A stretch of DNA of 64,000 nucleotides from positions 384,909 to 448,908 of the forward strand of contig CALSPF010000002.1 in NCBI GenBank assembly GCA_943788165.1, written 5' to 3'. The notes beneath the pieces were generated by a model that was not told the origin of the DNA, did not search any database, and saw nothing but the letters and a program-made list of their open reading frames with translations. Origin of the DNA: an uncultured Flavobacteriaceae bacterium (GTDB lineage: Bacteria; Bacteroidota; Bacteroidia; Flavobacteriales; Flavobacteriaceae). A program made the translations under genes and the position numbers. Of this stretch, positions 1 to 9,737 are shown one piece after another. Each line of letters begins with the position of its first letter. Positions within the stretch are counted from its first letter, which is position 1.

Positions 1-2
1 AT

Positions 3-1274
3 AAATTTCTTCATGCCATTTACCGGAATTATTTCTTGCAAGACAGATTGATAAAAGTTCAAAAGCCTTTTGAGGATGTTTTTATCTCACACTTTTTGAA
101 TGAAACATTTATTGACCACAAAAGAGATTTCTACTTTTTTGATTTGCCTAAAAAAATAGCACAAAAGAAGTCTTCTAGCCTTCAGCTTTATATTAATTTT
201 ACAGATCTTAGTACTACTACTATTCAACAAAAGTGGAAAGAGAAACCAATTTCCTCTAAAGCTTTACCGAAATATCTCTCTTTTTTTCAGGAAATTAAAA
301 TCAGGTGGTTCATGGTTCGTGAGTCCCTTACGATCTTAAATACAAAAACATCTTCGAAGTTTGAGAAAAGAGTCAAATATCAAGCTGCTGTTGCCTCTTT
401 ATCTTCAAGTTCACATTCAAATTATCGTCTTGCTATTCTTGTGCAACGTTATGTGAAAATGAATAATGTTAAGCGAATTTTTACCACCTATGAAGGTCAT
501 CCTTGGGAAAAATTAATTTATGCTTTTGCCAGGAAAGTTAACCCAAGAATCAAGTGTATTGGATATCAACATGCATTGGTGTTTAGAAAACAACACGCCA
601 TTAGGCGAAAATTAACTATGAATTTTGAGCCAGATTATATTTTATGTTCAGGTGAGCATGGTTTAAAACAATTTGAAGAAATCAATTATTTGCCTTCCAA
701 TCGATTATTACTCTTTGGAACCAATAGGACCTTTTCCATTAAACCGTCGAGATTAGCTATTGAAGCAAAAAGGCGAAATGTTTTTTTAATGCTATCCGAA
801 GGAGATTTAGTAGAATGTATCCCGTTGGTAAAGTTCGTGCTGCATTTGGCAAAGGAATATCCAAAGAATCATTTTATTATTCGTTTTCATCCAATTACAA
901 GGGTTACTGATGTACTGAGGGAATGTCCTGAGCTTTCAGCGCCACCAAAAAACATTGAACTGTCGTCAGTTTCTTTTGAAGAAGACCTTGAGCGCGCTCA
1001 TTTTGCTATTTACAGGGGTTCAACAACCATTATAAAAGCAGTAGAATATGGTTTGTTTCCTCTATATTTTAGTAGACCAAATGAAATAATGATTGATCCT
1101 TTGCATGGTATTCATGAAGAAAAAATTAGTGTAAGTTCACCTAGTGACATTGCTCTACTTGAAAAAATCACTCACAAAATGCTAATTGAGAAACAACATA
1201 GTTTGATTAAACATGTACAACAGTTTTTTAGTCCCATCAATTACAACGAAGCTTTAAAAATAAAACACCTTTAA
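3..1274 (+). CDS. Hypothetical protein of the polysaccharide cluster (probably 5'-partial)
   Basis: ORF track starts at TTG 36, but the same frame has no stop back to nt 3, so the N-terminus probably lies upstream of the window. Its stop overlaps the next start (TAATG 1272-1276). I recognise no motif. Confidence 0.5.
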   Translation, partial: KFLHAIYRNYFLQDRLIKVQKPFEDVFISHFLNETFIDHKRDFYFFDLPKKIAQKKSSSLQLYINFTDLSTTTIQQKWKEKPISSKALPKYLSFFQEIKIRWFMVRESLTILNTKTSSKFEKRVKYQAAVASLSSSSHSNYRLAILVQRYVKMNNVKRIFTTYEGHPWEKLIYAFARKVNPRIKCIGYQHALVFRKQHAIRRKLTMNFEPDYILCSGEHGLKQFEEINYLPSNRLLLFGTNRTFSIKPSRLAIEAKRRNVFLMLSEGDLVECIPLVKFVLHLAKEYPKNHFIIRFHPITRVTDVLRECPELSAPPKNIELSSVSFEEDLERAHFAIYRGSTTIIKAVEYGLFPLYFSRPNEIMIDPLHGIHEEKISVSSPSDIALLEKITHKMLIEKQHSLIKHVQQFFSPINYNEALKIKHL

Positions 1275-2176
1275 TGACCTTTTCCATTGTCATACCGACT
1301 AAAAATCGACCAAAAGAACTGGTGACTGTTTTTGATTCTTTGTTGGCCCAGACTCGGCTGCCCGATCAAATTATTATCATAGATCAAAGTTGTCCAGATA
1401 AAGTGACCAAAGACGAACTGACTATATTAGCGGAAAAAGCCAATGTAACACTAAATTATATTCATGACGAAAGCATCACAGGCTTAGTTCAAGCAAAGGC
1501 AGCGTCTATACAATACAATTATTGTGACTATATTTCTTTCTTTGATGACGATATCGTTCATGAGCCAGACTATCTAGCAGTAATAGAACAGGCACTTACT
1601 GCTTATCCAGAAATGATAGGCGTTAATGGGGTGATTTTAAATGCACCCGAAGAAGGTTTTTTAAAACGGTTGATTTTTCAGCTAACCCATTTCGGACTGT
1701 ATAAAGACAATCGCCAACGAGTAATCCGATCACTCAATGTAAAAAAAGTAGAACCACAAGCAGTTGATGCGTTAAGTGGGGGTTTATCAACCTGGCATAA
1801 AGATGTTTTTAAAACGGTTGTTTTCGATACAGAAAACAAATTCCATGCTTATGAGGACAAAGAATTTTCAATCCGTATAGAAAGAGCATTCCCAGAGCAA
1901 ATGTTTATTGTTCCTTCAGCAAAACTGTATCATTATCATGCTGCTGGGAACAGGCAATCTCTTCTAAGAAGAACCGAAAATGATGTTGTTGAGGTCTGGA
2001 TGCTATTTAAAAAGAACGGCAATTTCAATTATTTAGGCCTTGACTTTGTTGTGCTCCTGTTTGGCTTATTTTTCAACGCGCTTTTATTGAGTTTGAAACT
2101 GTTTAATCTTAATTTTTTGTGGAATTATTTTAAAGGCTTTAATGCAGGTAGAAAAAAACAAATAATCAAAACATGA
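1274..2176 (+). CDS. Glycosyltransferase family 2
   Basis: N-terminal FSIVIPTKNRPKEL and FFDDD (DxD) motifs of GT-A/GT2 enzymes. Overlapping start/stop with both neighbours (TAATG, ATGA). Confidence 0.85.
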   Translation: MTFSIVIPTKNRPKELVTVFDSLLAQTRLPDQIIIIDQSCPDKVTKDELTILAEKANVTLNYIHDESITGLVQAKAASIQYNYCDYISFFDDDIVHEPDYLAVIEQALTAYPEMIGVNGVILNAPEEGFLKRLIFQLTHFGLYKDNRQRVIRSLNVKKVEPQAVDALSGGLSTWHKDVFKTVVFDTENKFHAYEDKEFSIRIERAFPEQMFIVPSAKLYHYHAAGNRQSLLRRTENDVVEVWMLFKKNGNFNYLGLDFVVLLFGLFFNALLLSLKLFNLNFLWNYFKGFNAGRKKQIIKT

Positions 2177-3420
2177 ATCCTACGATTGGTATTATTGGAT
2201 TAGGTTATGTTGGACTTCCATTGGCCTTGGCTTTAGCAGAAAAGTATACGGTTTTGGGTTATGACAACAATCCACAACGCATTGCGGCTTTGCATAAAGG
2301 CATAGACAGTACCCAAGAGATAACCTCAAAAGAGTTACAAGCTGTTAACATTAATTATTTCGATCAATCCGCCGCTTTAAAGGACTGTAGCATTTATATC
2401 ATCACTGTTCCTACCCCGCTTAAAGAGGATAATTTACCCGACTTTAGTTATTTAGAATCTGCTTCTGAAGTTGTCGCTAAAATGCTCAAGAAAGGGGACA
2501 TAGTGGTTTATGAATCTACGGTATATCCTGGGGCGACAGAAGAAATATGCCTTCCTATTTTAGAGCTTTCTTCGCTAAAAGTCGATAGTGATTTTTCGTT
2601 GGGCTATAGTCCAGAGCGAATCAATGTTGGGGATCCGGTGCATACTTTTACCAATATACCTAAAATTGTGTCAGCCTCTAATCAAAAAGCCTTAGCGACA
2701 TTGACGCATGTATATCAATCTATTTTAAGTGCAGAAGTTTATCAAGCTCCCTCCATCAAGGTTGCCGAGGCCGCAAAAGTAATTGAAAACACACAGCGCG
2801 ATGTTAATATTGCATTTGTCAACGAACTTGCCATGATGTTTAATGCCATGGGATTAGACACCAATGAAGTCTTAGCAGCCGCAGCCACTAAATGGAATTT
2901 CCTGCCTTTTCGCCCAGGATTAGTGGGCGGACATTGCATAGGCATTGACCCTTATTATTTGGCGCATAAGTCCAAAGCGCTGGGGTACACACCAGACTTG
3001 TTACTCTCTGCGCGAAAAATTAATGAAGCAGTCCCCCATTTTATAGTCGACGATATTATTGACAAGCTTAATATCCACCAAGTTCCTATTTTAGAAGCTA
3101 AAGTCTTGCTACTTGGGGCAACCTTTAAAGAAAACACTACCGATCTGCGCAATTCCAAAGCAATTACTTTAGCACAAGCACTAAAAGCTGCAGGAGTGGA
3201 TTTAGTCCTGTACGACCCTTTGATTGCCATGGATCAAACTACTGTTGAGCTAGCGATTACCAATATGCTGCCAGAAAACAAAAAATATGATGCAGTAATT
3301 CTTGCTGTTGGGCACGATCAATTTGCCCAAATGGACCTCTTAGGTTTATTGACTGAAAAGGGATTTGGGTATGACATTAAAGCCTACTTTGATATTCATC
3401 CACGTATTTACCGTTTATAG
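2173..3420 (+). CDS. Nucleotide-sugar dehydrogenase (UDP-HexNAc 6-dehydrogenase type, TviB/WbpO/Cap5O-like)
   Basis: Rossmann motif IGIIGLGYVGLPLALA and catalytic-Cys region GLVGGHCIGIDP of the UDP-glucose/GDP-mannose dehydrogenase family. About 415 aa. Confidence 0.85.
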   Translation: MNPTIGIIGLGYVGLPLALALAEKYTVLGYDNNPQRIAALHKGIDSTQEITSKELQAVNINYFDQSAALKDCSIYIITVPTPLKEDNLPDFSYLESASEVVAKMLKKGDIVVYESTVYPGATEEICLPILELSSLKVDSDFSLGYSPERINVGDPVHTFTNIPKIVSASNQKALATLTHVYQSILSAEVYQAPSIKVAEAAKVIENTQRDVNIAFVNELAMMFNAMGLDTNEVLAAAATKWNFLPFRPGLVGGHCIGIDPYYLAHKSKALGYTPDLLLSARKINEAVPHFIVDDIIDKLNIHQVPILEAKVLLLGATFKENTTDLRNSKAITLAQALKAAGVDLVLYDPLIAMDQTTVELAITNMLPENKKYDAVILAVGHDQFAQMDLLGLLTEKGFGYDIKAYFDIHPRIYRL

Positions 3421-4536
3421 CGGGAGATTTTTACTGTAAAACAGCTCCCATTCTGCAAGTAAATACTCTTCACTAAAATTTTCTTCCACATACTTCCTTC
3501 CGGCTTTCCCCATTGCGTTTATTTCCTCAGGATGATGGATCGCATAACTCAGTTGTTGTTTAAGGTCAGGAATATCACCTACACGATGACGTAAACCTGT
3601 TTGATGGTCTATAATGGTATCTGCAAGACCATAAGCATCGCTACAAATAATGGGTTTTGTTAGTGCTGCCGCTTCAATAACAGAAAGGCCAAAGCCCTCG
3701 CGGTAGCTAGGTAAACAAAAAGTATCACAGGCCTGTAAAAGCGTTTCTGGTTTTTTTTCAAAAGGGATAAAATGAATTTTAGGGGAAATGTTAGCAAATC
3801 GTTCTTCAATGTTTTCTTCGTCATGTCCAACAAGGTAGAGGGAACAGGCCTTCTTTTGCTGATCCAATTGCGCAAAAGCATGAATTAAATCGATGACTCC
3901 TTTGTCTTTGTTCAAACGTCCTAAAAACATAAACACCCATTCCTGTGGGGGAATTTTAAGTGCGTCTCTTCGACTTGCCCTAATCGTTGAAGAAGGACTA
4001 AAACGTTCAAGTGAAACCCCACAAATGGACCCTTTTCCTAATACATCAGCTGCGGCTCCCACCACTTGATTTTCTTTTAAAAATTCCAATTGTGATTTTC
4101 CATCTACCAAAACATGAGTAGCACAACCGGCAATTAATCGATCCATTGTTTTTAAAAGCCATTTAAACCCCCCTTTCTTATTCGCCCAAACTTGTCCAGT
4201 AAACGTATGCGTTCTCATTTGAACACGAGCAATATAACCTCCAAGCATAGCCATTAGTCCCGCTTTTGGTGAGACACTATGCAATGCATCAAAAGAATGC
4301 GTTCGTAAAAAGCGTATCATTTTATAAAGACAGTATAGATCATGAAAAGGTTTTAACCCCCGTTCAATTGGGATAAAATGAAATTTTTTTATTGAGAGTT
4401 CTTTGCATAAATTTTCGCCCTGAGAAGCATTCGCAACCAAGTGAATTTCATATTGTTCGGAAAGCTTGAGCATTGGACCCTTTAAAAAAGCACGTGCTGT
4501 TGATGGACTTGAAACGACAAAACACAATTTTTTCAT
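3415..4536 (-). CDS. Glycosyltransferase family 4 (GT-B, group 1)
   Basis: C-terminal PSYREGFGLSVIEAAALTKPIICSD (E-x7-E region). Confidence 0.85.
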   Translation of the reverse strand: MKKLCFVVSSPSTARAFLKGPMLKLSEQYEIHLVANASQGENLCKELSIKKFHFIPIERGLKPFHDLYCLYKMIRFLRTHSFDALHSVSPKAGLMAMLGGYIARVQMRTHTFTGQVWANKKGGFKWLLKTMDRLIAGCATHVLVDGKSQLEFLKENQVVGAAADVLGKGSICGVSLERFSPSSTIRASRRDALKIPPQEWVFMFLGRLNKDKGVIDLIHAFAQLDQQKKACSLYLVGHDEENIEERFANISPKIHFIPFEKKPETLLQACDTFCLPSYREGFGLSVIEAAALTKPIICSDAYGLADTIIDHQTGLRHRVGDIPDLKQQLSYAIHHPEEINAMGKAGRKYVEENFSEEYLLAEWELFYSKNLPL

Positions 4537-5471
4537 TTAGGCTTGTTTAAATATTCTTTCAAAAAAACAGGATAGTTTGAGTCGAATTGAAAACCCAGTT
4601 TTTCTTTTATTTTACTTGAAGAGATCGTTGTCTTGTTACTGAAAAAAGCAATACCATCGTCACTGATACTAAATATACCCAACCATTTCAACACTTTAAG
4701 TAAGTTGGAGAAAACTTTCCCCGGAAAATGAATTCTTCTTTGTGAAGGTAAAATGTTTTTTATTAAGCCTAGAAAATCTGCTAGTGCCAGGTCATTCGAA
4801 AAGTTATAATTTTCACCAATAGCATCTTCCTCTTTGGATAAAAAAATCAAAGCATTTACAACATCGTCTGCTAACACAAAATTTGCCACTACTTCCCTTG
4901 AAATATTTAAGTCAATCCCTTTATCTAACAGTTGTTTCATATGATTGAGAATATGAGACTTCATCTCAAGCCCTAGTATGATTGAGGGGCGTAATATAAT
5001 TGCATTAATCTGTTCTGTGTCCCTTGCATTTTGAATGATCGACTCTGCCTTTAATTTACTTTCTTCATATAAATTTAATGGGTGTTTAGGACTGTCCTCG
5101 TGAATGGTTAAAGTTGTTGAAAAGTCAAATATGCCAATACTCGATAAGTGAATTAGCACTTTAGTAGTGCCCTTTACTGCATTGACGATGGCTTGAGTAC
5201 CACGAACATTTGTGCCTAGCATTTTAGAATGATCTGTCAATTCTGCAGCTAAATGATAAACAACATCTACTTTTTTTATGAATGCCTTTATTACTTCTGG
5301 GTCTGGATTGGATAAGTCGGCTTCAAAAATCTCAAGCTGTTTGTGAACGAGAAATTTCCTTGAAGATCGGCTGATAACATTAACGAAGTGTCCTTGTTGA
5401 ATAAAATGATTCGTTAATCTTCGTCCTATATAACCAGATGCACCAGTAATGCCTACACGAATTTCCTTCAC
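4533..5471 (-). CDS. NAD-dependent epimerase/dehydratase (SDR)
   Basis: VGITGASGYIGRRL Rossmann motif and YEESK (YxxxK). ATGA-type overlap with the downstream GT4 gene. Confidence 0.85.
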   Translation of the reverse strand: MKEIRVGITGASGYIGRRLTNHFIQQGHFVNVISRSSRKFLVHKQLEIFEADLSNPDPEVIKAFIKKVDVVYHLAAELTDHSKMLGTNVRGTQAIVNAVKGTTKVLIHLSSIGIFDFSTTLTIHEDSPKHPLNLYEESKLKAESIIQNARDTEQINAIILRPSIILGLEMKSHILNHMKQLLDKGIDLNISREVVANFVLADDVVNALIFLSKEEDAIGENYNFSNDLALADFLGLIKNILPSQRRIHFPGKVFSNLLKVLKWLGIFSISDDGIAFFSNKTTISSSKIKEKLGFQFDSNYPVFLKEYLNKPK

Positions 5472-5537
5472 TTATTGTTGAATTAAGAATTAAATATAAA
5501 AAACCCTTTTCCTAATTGCCCTATTTTTTGTTTAAAT

Positions 5538-6170
5538 TTGAAGACGCCTACAAAAACAGCATCCTTGATTTATAATTTCATTAAACACTTTTTAGATCGA
5601 ATCTTCGCCATAGCTCTTTTGATTGGTTTTAGTCCACTCATGGTGTTTATAGCACTTTTATTTTGGATTCAAAATGGTGAATTCCCCTTTTTCACTCAAG
5701 TACGTCCTGGTAAAAATGCACAGCTATTTACTATTTTCAAGTTTAAAACCATGCGAGATACCCGCGATAATGACGGTAAGTTGTTGTCCGATTTTGAACG
5801 AATCACTCCTCTAGGAAATATTATCCGAAAGCTATCTCTTGACGAACTTCCTCAATTGTGGAATGTTGTTGTTGGAGAAATGAGTTTTGTTGGCCCACGT
5901 CCTTTATTGCCAGAATACTTATCTTTATATTCAACAGAACAAAGCAAGCGTCATTCAGTGAAGCCAGGGATCACAGGTTGGGCGCAGGTCAATGGAAGAA
6001 ATGTATTGTCTTGGAAGGAAAAATTCGCATTGGATTGTTATTACGTCGAGAATCAGGGTTTTTCACTCGATATAAAAATCCTTTTAATAACCCTGTATAA
6101 AGTTATTGTTCCCAAGGACATTAATGCTGGAAGTCATACAACAATGGAGCCATTCAATGGAAAAAACTAA
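5538..6170 (+). CDS. Small monotopic phosphoglycosyl transferase (bacterial sugar transferase, PglC-like)
   Basis: One N-terminal hydrophobic helix, then FKFKTMRD, DELPQLWNVVVGEMSFVGPRP and PGITGWAQVNGR motifs. The TTG start is uncertain. Confidence 0.85.
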   Translation: MKTPTKTASLIYNFIKHFLDRIFAIALLIGFSPLMVFIALLFWIQNGEFPFFTQVRPGKNAQLFTIFKFKTMRDTRDNDGKLLSDFERITPLGNIIRKLSLDELPQLWNVVVGEMSFVGPRPLLPEYLSLYSTEQSKRHSVKPGITGWAQVNGRNVLSWKEKFALDCYYVENQGFSLDIKILLITLYKVIVPKDINAGSHTTMEPFNGKN

Positions 6171-6768
6171 GTATATTTTGATAGGAGCTGGCGGTCATGC
6201 CAGCGTAGTTGCGAGCGCTATTGAAGCGATGAAACAAGAGATTGATTGTGTTTTTGACTCAAATGAATCGATTACCCACATGGATGGAATTCAAAACAAA
6301 GGCGACTACAGCCCAGCTCAATTTCCAACCGCCAAGCTGATCCTTGCGATGGGCGATAATGCCGTAAGAAAAAGACTTGCGACAACGGTTCAGCATGAGA
6401 TTGGAACCGTCATTCATCCTTCAGCAGTTGTAGATCGATTGGTTTCGGTAGGAGTAGGGAGTCAAATTCTTCATGGAGCCATTATCAATCGTAGATCAGT
6501 TGTGGGCAATCATTGTATTGTAAATACCAAAGCCAGTATAGATCACGACTGCATTATAGAAGACTTTGTCCATATAGCTCCTGGTGCTACCCTTTGTGGA
6601 AACGTAATCGTAGGAGAGGGAACTCTTATTGGCGCTGGTGCTACGCTTATGCCGAATATTACAATTGGAAAAAATGTAACGGTGGGAGCAGGTACAGTAG
6701 TAACCACATCATTACAAGACAACGTCACATGCGTTGGTGTTCCAGGAAAAATCATATACCATGAGTAA
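6157..6768 (+). CDS. Sugar N-acetyltransferase, PglD/NeuD-like hexapeptide-repeat protein
   Basis: ILIGAGGHASVV N-terminal domain plus left-handed beta-helix repeats (IGEGTLIGAGATLMPNITIGKNVTVGAGTVV). I moved the start to ATG 6157 (MEKTKY); the ORF track gives 6106. Confidence 0.8.
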   Translation: MEKTKYILIGAGGHASVVASAIEAMKQEIDCVFDSNESITHMDGIQNKGDYSPAQFPTAKLILAMGDNAVRKRLATTVQHEIGTVIHPSAVVDRLVSVGVGSQILHGAIINRRSVVGNHCIVNTKASIDHDCIIEDFVHIAPGATLCGNVIVGEGTLIGAGATLMPNITIGKNVTVGAGTVVTTSLQDNVTCVGVPGKIIYHE

Positions 6769-7897
6769 AGAAAAAATTTTATTGTCTTCTCCTCATATGG
6801 GTCTTGAAGAATTTAAAAATGTACAAGAAGCTTTTGCAACCAACTGGATTTCTCCAGCAGGGCCATTCATTTCATTGTTCGAAGAAAAGCTTGCGGCCTA
6901 TTGCGAAACAAAAGCTGCAGCAGTGGTTCAATCTGGAACAGCAGCCATCCACTTGGCCCTACGCCTTTTGGACATCCAAGAAGGAGATGTTGTCCTCTGC
7001 CAATCCTTCACCTTTGTTGGGTCATCTAATCCTATTTTATACGAAAAGGCAACCCCTGTTTTTGTCGATTCCGAAAAAGAAACCTGGAACATGTGCCCTC
7101 TAGCATTAGAAGAGTCCATTGTGGACTCACTAGAAAAAGGACAACAGCCCAAAGCCATCATAGTTGTCCATCTCTACGGAATGCCGGCTAAGATGCCAGA
7201 AATAATGGTCTTGTCACAGAAGTATGGTATCCCTGTAATTGAAGATGCTGCCGAGGCATTGGGTTCAACAATCAATGGAAAAGCCTGTGGTTCTTTTGGC
7301 GATTTTGGGATACTTAGTTTTAACGGAAATAAAATAATCACTACCTCCGGCGGTGGTGCATTGCTATCTAACAATACCGAGGCCATTGCAAAAGCACGTT
7401 TTTTAGCTACTCAAGCAAAAGACAATGCTCCTCATTACCAACATTCTGAAATCGGGTACAATTACCGCATGTCTAATATAGGTGCAGCCATAGGTGTGGG
7501 GCAATTAACTGTTTTAGCAGAACGTGTTGAAGCTAGAAGAGCGAATCACAATTTCTATCAAGCACTTTTGGGAGAGGTTAAAGGCGTACATTTTTTACCA
7601 GAACCCGAAGGTTATTTCAGCAATCGATGGTTGAGCTGTCTTTTAATAGATCCAAGCCAAACGGGTGGGATTACTCGTGAAGACGTTCGCTTGACCTTGG
7701 AGAAAGGAAGCATTGAATGCCGACCACTGTGGAAACCAATGCACCTACAGCCACTTTTTACACAGGCAAAGCATTATGGTAATTCCTATTCCGAAGAATT
7801 ATTTGAGTTAGGCTTGTGTTTGCCTTCGGGAAGTAATCTTACCGACGATCAAAAACAACAGATTGCAAATCAATTGAAAAACGTATTTTCGCTTTAA
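6761..7897 (+). CDS. DegT/DnrJ/EryC1/StrS-family sugar aminotransferase (PglE-like)
   Basis: Family-typical sequence including the PLP-Lys region LSFNGNKIITTSGGGAL. I moved the start to ATG 6761 (MSKEKILLSSPHM). Confidence 0.85.
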   Translation: MSKEKILLSSPHMGLEEFKNVQEAFATNWISPAGPFISLFEEKLAAYCETKAAAVVQSGTAAIHLALRLLDIQEGDVVLCQSFTFVGSSNPILYEKATPVFVDSEKETWNMCPLALEESIVDSLEKGQQPKAIIVVHLYGMPAKMPEIMVLSQKYGIPVIEDAAEALGSTINGKACGSFGDFGILSFNGNKIITTSGGGALLSNNTEAIAKARFLATQAKDNAPHYQHSEIGYNYRMSNIGAAIGVGQLTVLAERVEARRANHNFYQALLGEVKGVHFLPEPEGYFSNRWLSCLLIDPSQTGGITREDVRLTLEKGSIECRPLWKPMHLQPLFTQAKHYGNSYSEELFELGLCLPSGSNLTDDQKQQIANQLKNVFSL

Positions 7898-7898
7898 T

Positions 7899-9737
7899 AT
7901 GTTTGAACAGATATTTAAATATCACTATTCGAAGAAATTTGCCTACGTTTTAGACGCAGTATGTATTGCTATTGGTCTAGAGTTCATTCTCTTTCTTAAC
8001 GGCTCGGTATTGATCATTCGTTCTCTTTCAGATAAATTACTTTTCATTGCTTTGGCGTTATGCTGTATTACCTTATTTCGTGGATATACCATGTTGTTGC
8101 GCTTTACAACCTTTATCGATATTGGAAAAATAGCCTCGGGTCTTCTACTGGCGATGGCCATATATGCAACCTATATAAAGGCAGATACGAGAGGTCATTA
8201 TAATTATTTATTACTCCTATTTTATTTCTGTCTTTCTTTATTGTCCGTGTATCGCTTGATTATTCGATTGCTCTATGCACGCGTAACGAAAGAAGATAAG
8301 CTCATTAATACCCTACTGTTTGGTGCCGGACCAAATGGTCTGCGAACCAAACGTGCCTTGGACGACAGTAATGCCGTAAATGTGATTGGTTTTATTGATG
8401 ATGATCCGGCTAAAATTGGCCGAAGTATTGAAGGCTTATCTGTGGTTAGCTTAGGTCAGAAACTCGAAAAATTAATAGAAAATAAGAAAGTACAACAAAT
8501 AATCATTACGTCAAGTGAAGTCACTCAAAAGGGAAAGAATGAATTGTTTCAGTTTTTTAAAGCAAAGGGTGTGCGTATTTTCACCGTTCCTCCCTTGGAT
8601 GACTTGGCAAGTAGTAAAGGAATTGTTGGGAATTTAACGCCCGTTAAGATTGAAGATTTGCTTAAAAGAGATCAGATAAGTATTGATCAAGAAAAAAACA
8701 TAATCCAATACCACAATAAGATAATTTTAGTAACGGGTGCCGCCGGTTCTATTGGAAGTGAAATTGTACGCCAATTGATCCAATTTGAACCCAAAGAAAT
8801 AATTTTGTTTGATCAAGCCGAAACGCCCTTATTTGATTTGAAGAATGAATTGGTCAAGCGTAAAAGTGAGGTCATATTTAATTACTACTTACAAAATATT
8901 ACCGATAAAGCCGCCTTGGAACAATGTTTTGCTGCCTTTTCAATTGATGTGGTGTTCCATGCTGCGGCATACAAGCATGTGTTTATGACGGAGGCCATTC
9001 CAAAAGCTGCTATCATCAACAATATTTTAGGAACAAAAAATGTGGTTGATGTTGCAGTGAAAAATAAGGTTAATCATCTGGTCATGGTTTCCACAGATAA
9101 GGCGGTAAATCCATCCAATGTAATGGGTGCATCCAAACGAATCGCAGAAATGTATGTTGCAGGAATTGTGGAAGGAGCAACCACTAAGATAATCACCACG
9201 CGTTTTGGAAATGTTTTGGGCTCCAATGGGTCCGTCGTGCCTATTTTTAAAGAGCAGATTGCCAAAGGCGGTCCTGTAACGGTGACAGATCCAGAAATTA
9301 CCCGCTATTTCATGACTATTACTGAGGCTTGTCAATTGGTTTTGGAAGCTGGAGCTACTGGTGATGGAGGCGAAATTTATGTCTTTGACATGGGAGAACC
9401 AGTTAAAATAGCTGATTTAGCCATCAGTATGATTCGTTTATCGGGCTTAATAGAAGGCCAGGATATTGAATTGGAATACACAGGGCTTCGCCCGGGAGAA
9501 AAACTTTACGAGGAATTATTGACCGACAAAGAGAGTTTAAAACCCTCCCATAATGAACTGATTTTTATTGCAGAAAAAGAACATTTTTCTGTCCAACAAC
9601 AACAGGAAATACAAGTACTTATCGATGCAGCTTTGCAGGGAGTTGAGCCTCGCGAATTGGTCAAACAAATGAAGGCAATAGTTCCTGAATTCATCTCAAT
9701 GAATTCCTCTTACACATCGCTAGATAAGACTAATTAA
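7899..9737 (+). CDS. Membrane-anchored UDP-HexNAc 4,6-dehydratase (CapD/PglF/WbpM family)
   Basis: Hydrophobic N-terminal quarter, then ILVTGAAGSIGSEI and STDKAVNPSNVMGASKR motifs. Confidence 0.85.
   Translation: MFEQIFKYHYSKKFAYVLDAVCIAIGLEFILFLNGSVLIIRSLSDKLLFIALALCCITLFRGYTMLLRFTTFIDIGKIASGLLLAMAIYATYIKADTRGHYNYLLLLFYFCLSLLSVYRLIIRLLYARVTKEDKLINTLLFGAGPNGLRTKRALDDSNAVNVIGFIDDDPAKIGRSIEGLSVVSLGQKLEKLIENKKVQQIIITSSEVTQKGKNELFQFFKAKGVRIFTVPPLDDLASSKGIVGNLTPVKIEDLLKRDQISIDQEKNIIQYHNKIILVTGAAGSIGSEIVRQLIQFEPKEIILFDQAETPLFDLKNELVKRKSEVIFNYYLQNITDKAALEQCFAAFSIDVVFHAAAYKHVFMTEAIPKAAIINNILGTKNVVDVAVKNKVNHLVMVSTDKAVNPSNVMGASKRIAEMYVAGIVEGATTKIITTRFGNVLGSNGSVVPIFKEQIAKGGPVTVTDPEITRYFMTITEACQLVLEAGATGDGGEIYVFDMGEPVKIADLAISMIRLSGLIEGQDIELEYTGLRPGEKLYEELLTDKESLKPSHNELIFIAEKEHFSVQQQQEIQVLIDAALQGVEPRELVKQMKAIVPEFISMNSSYTSLDKTN

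Noticed and set aside
5481-5520. AATTAAGAAT and CCTAATTGCC motifs in the epimerase/pglC divergent region as a sixth repeat locus
   Set aside because: There are only two short matches and no GC-rich core. This could be a degenerate relic or chance in AT-rich promoter DNA, so it is mentioned as context only.
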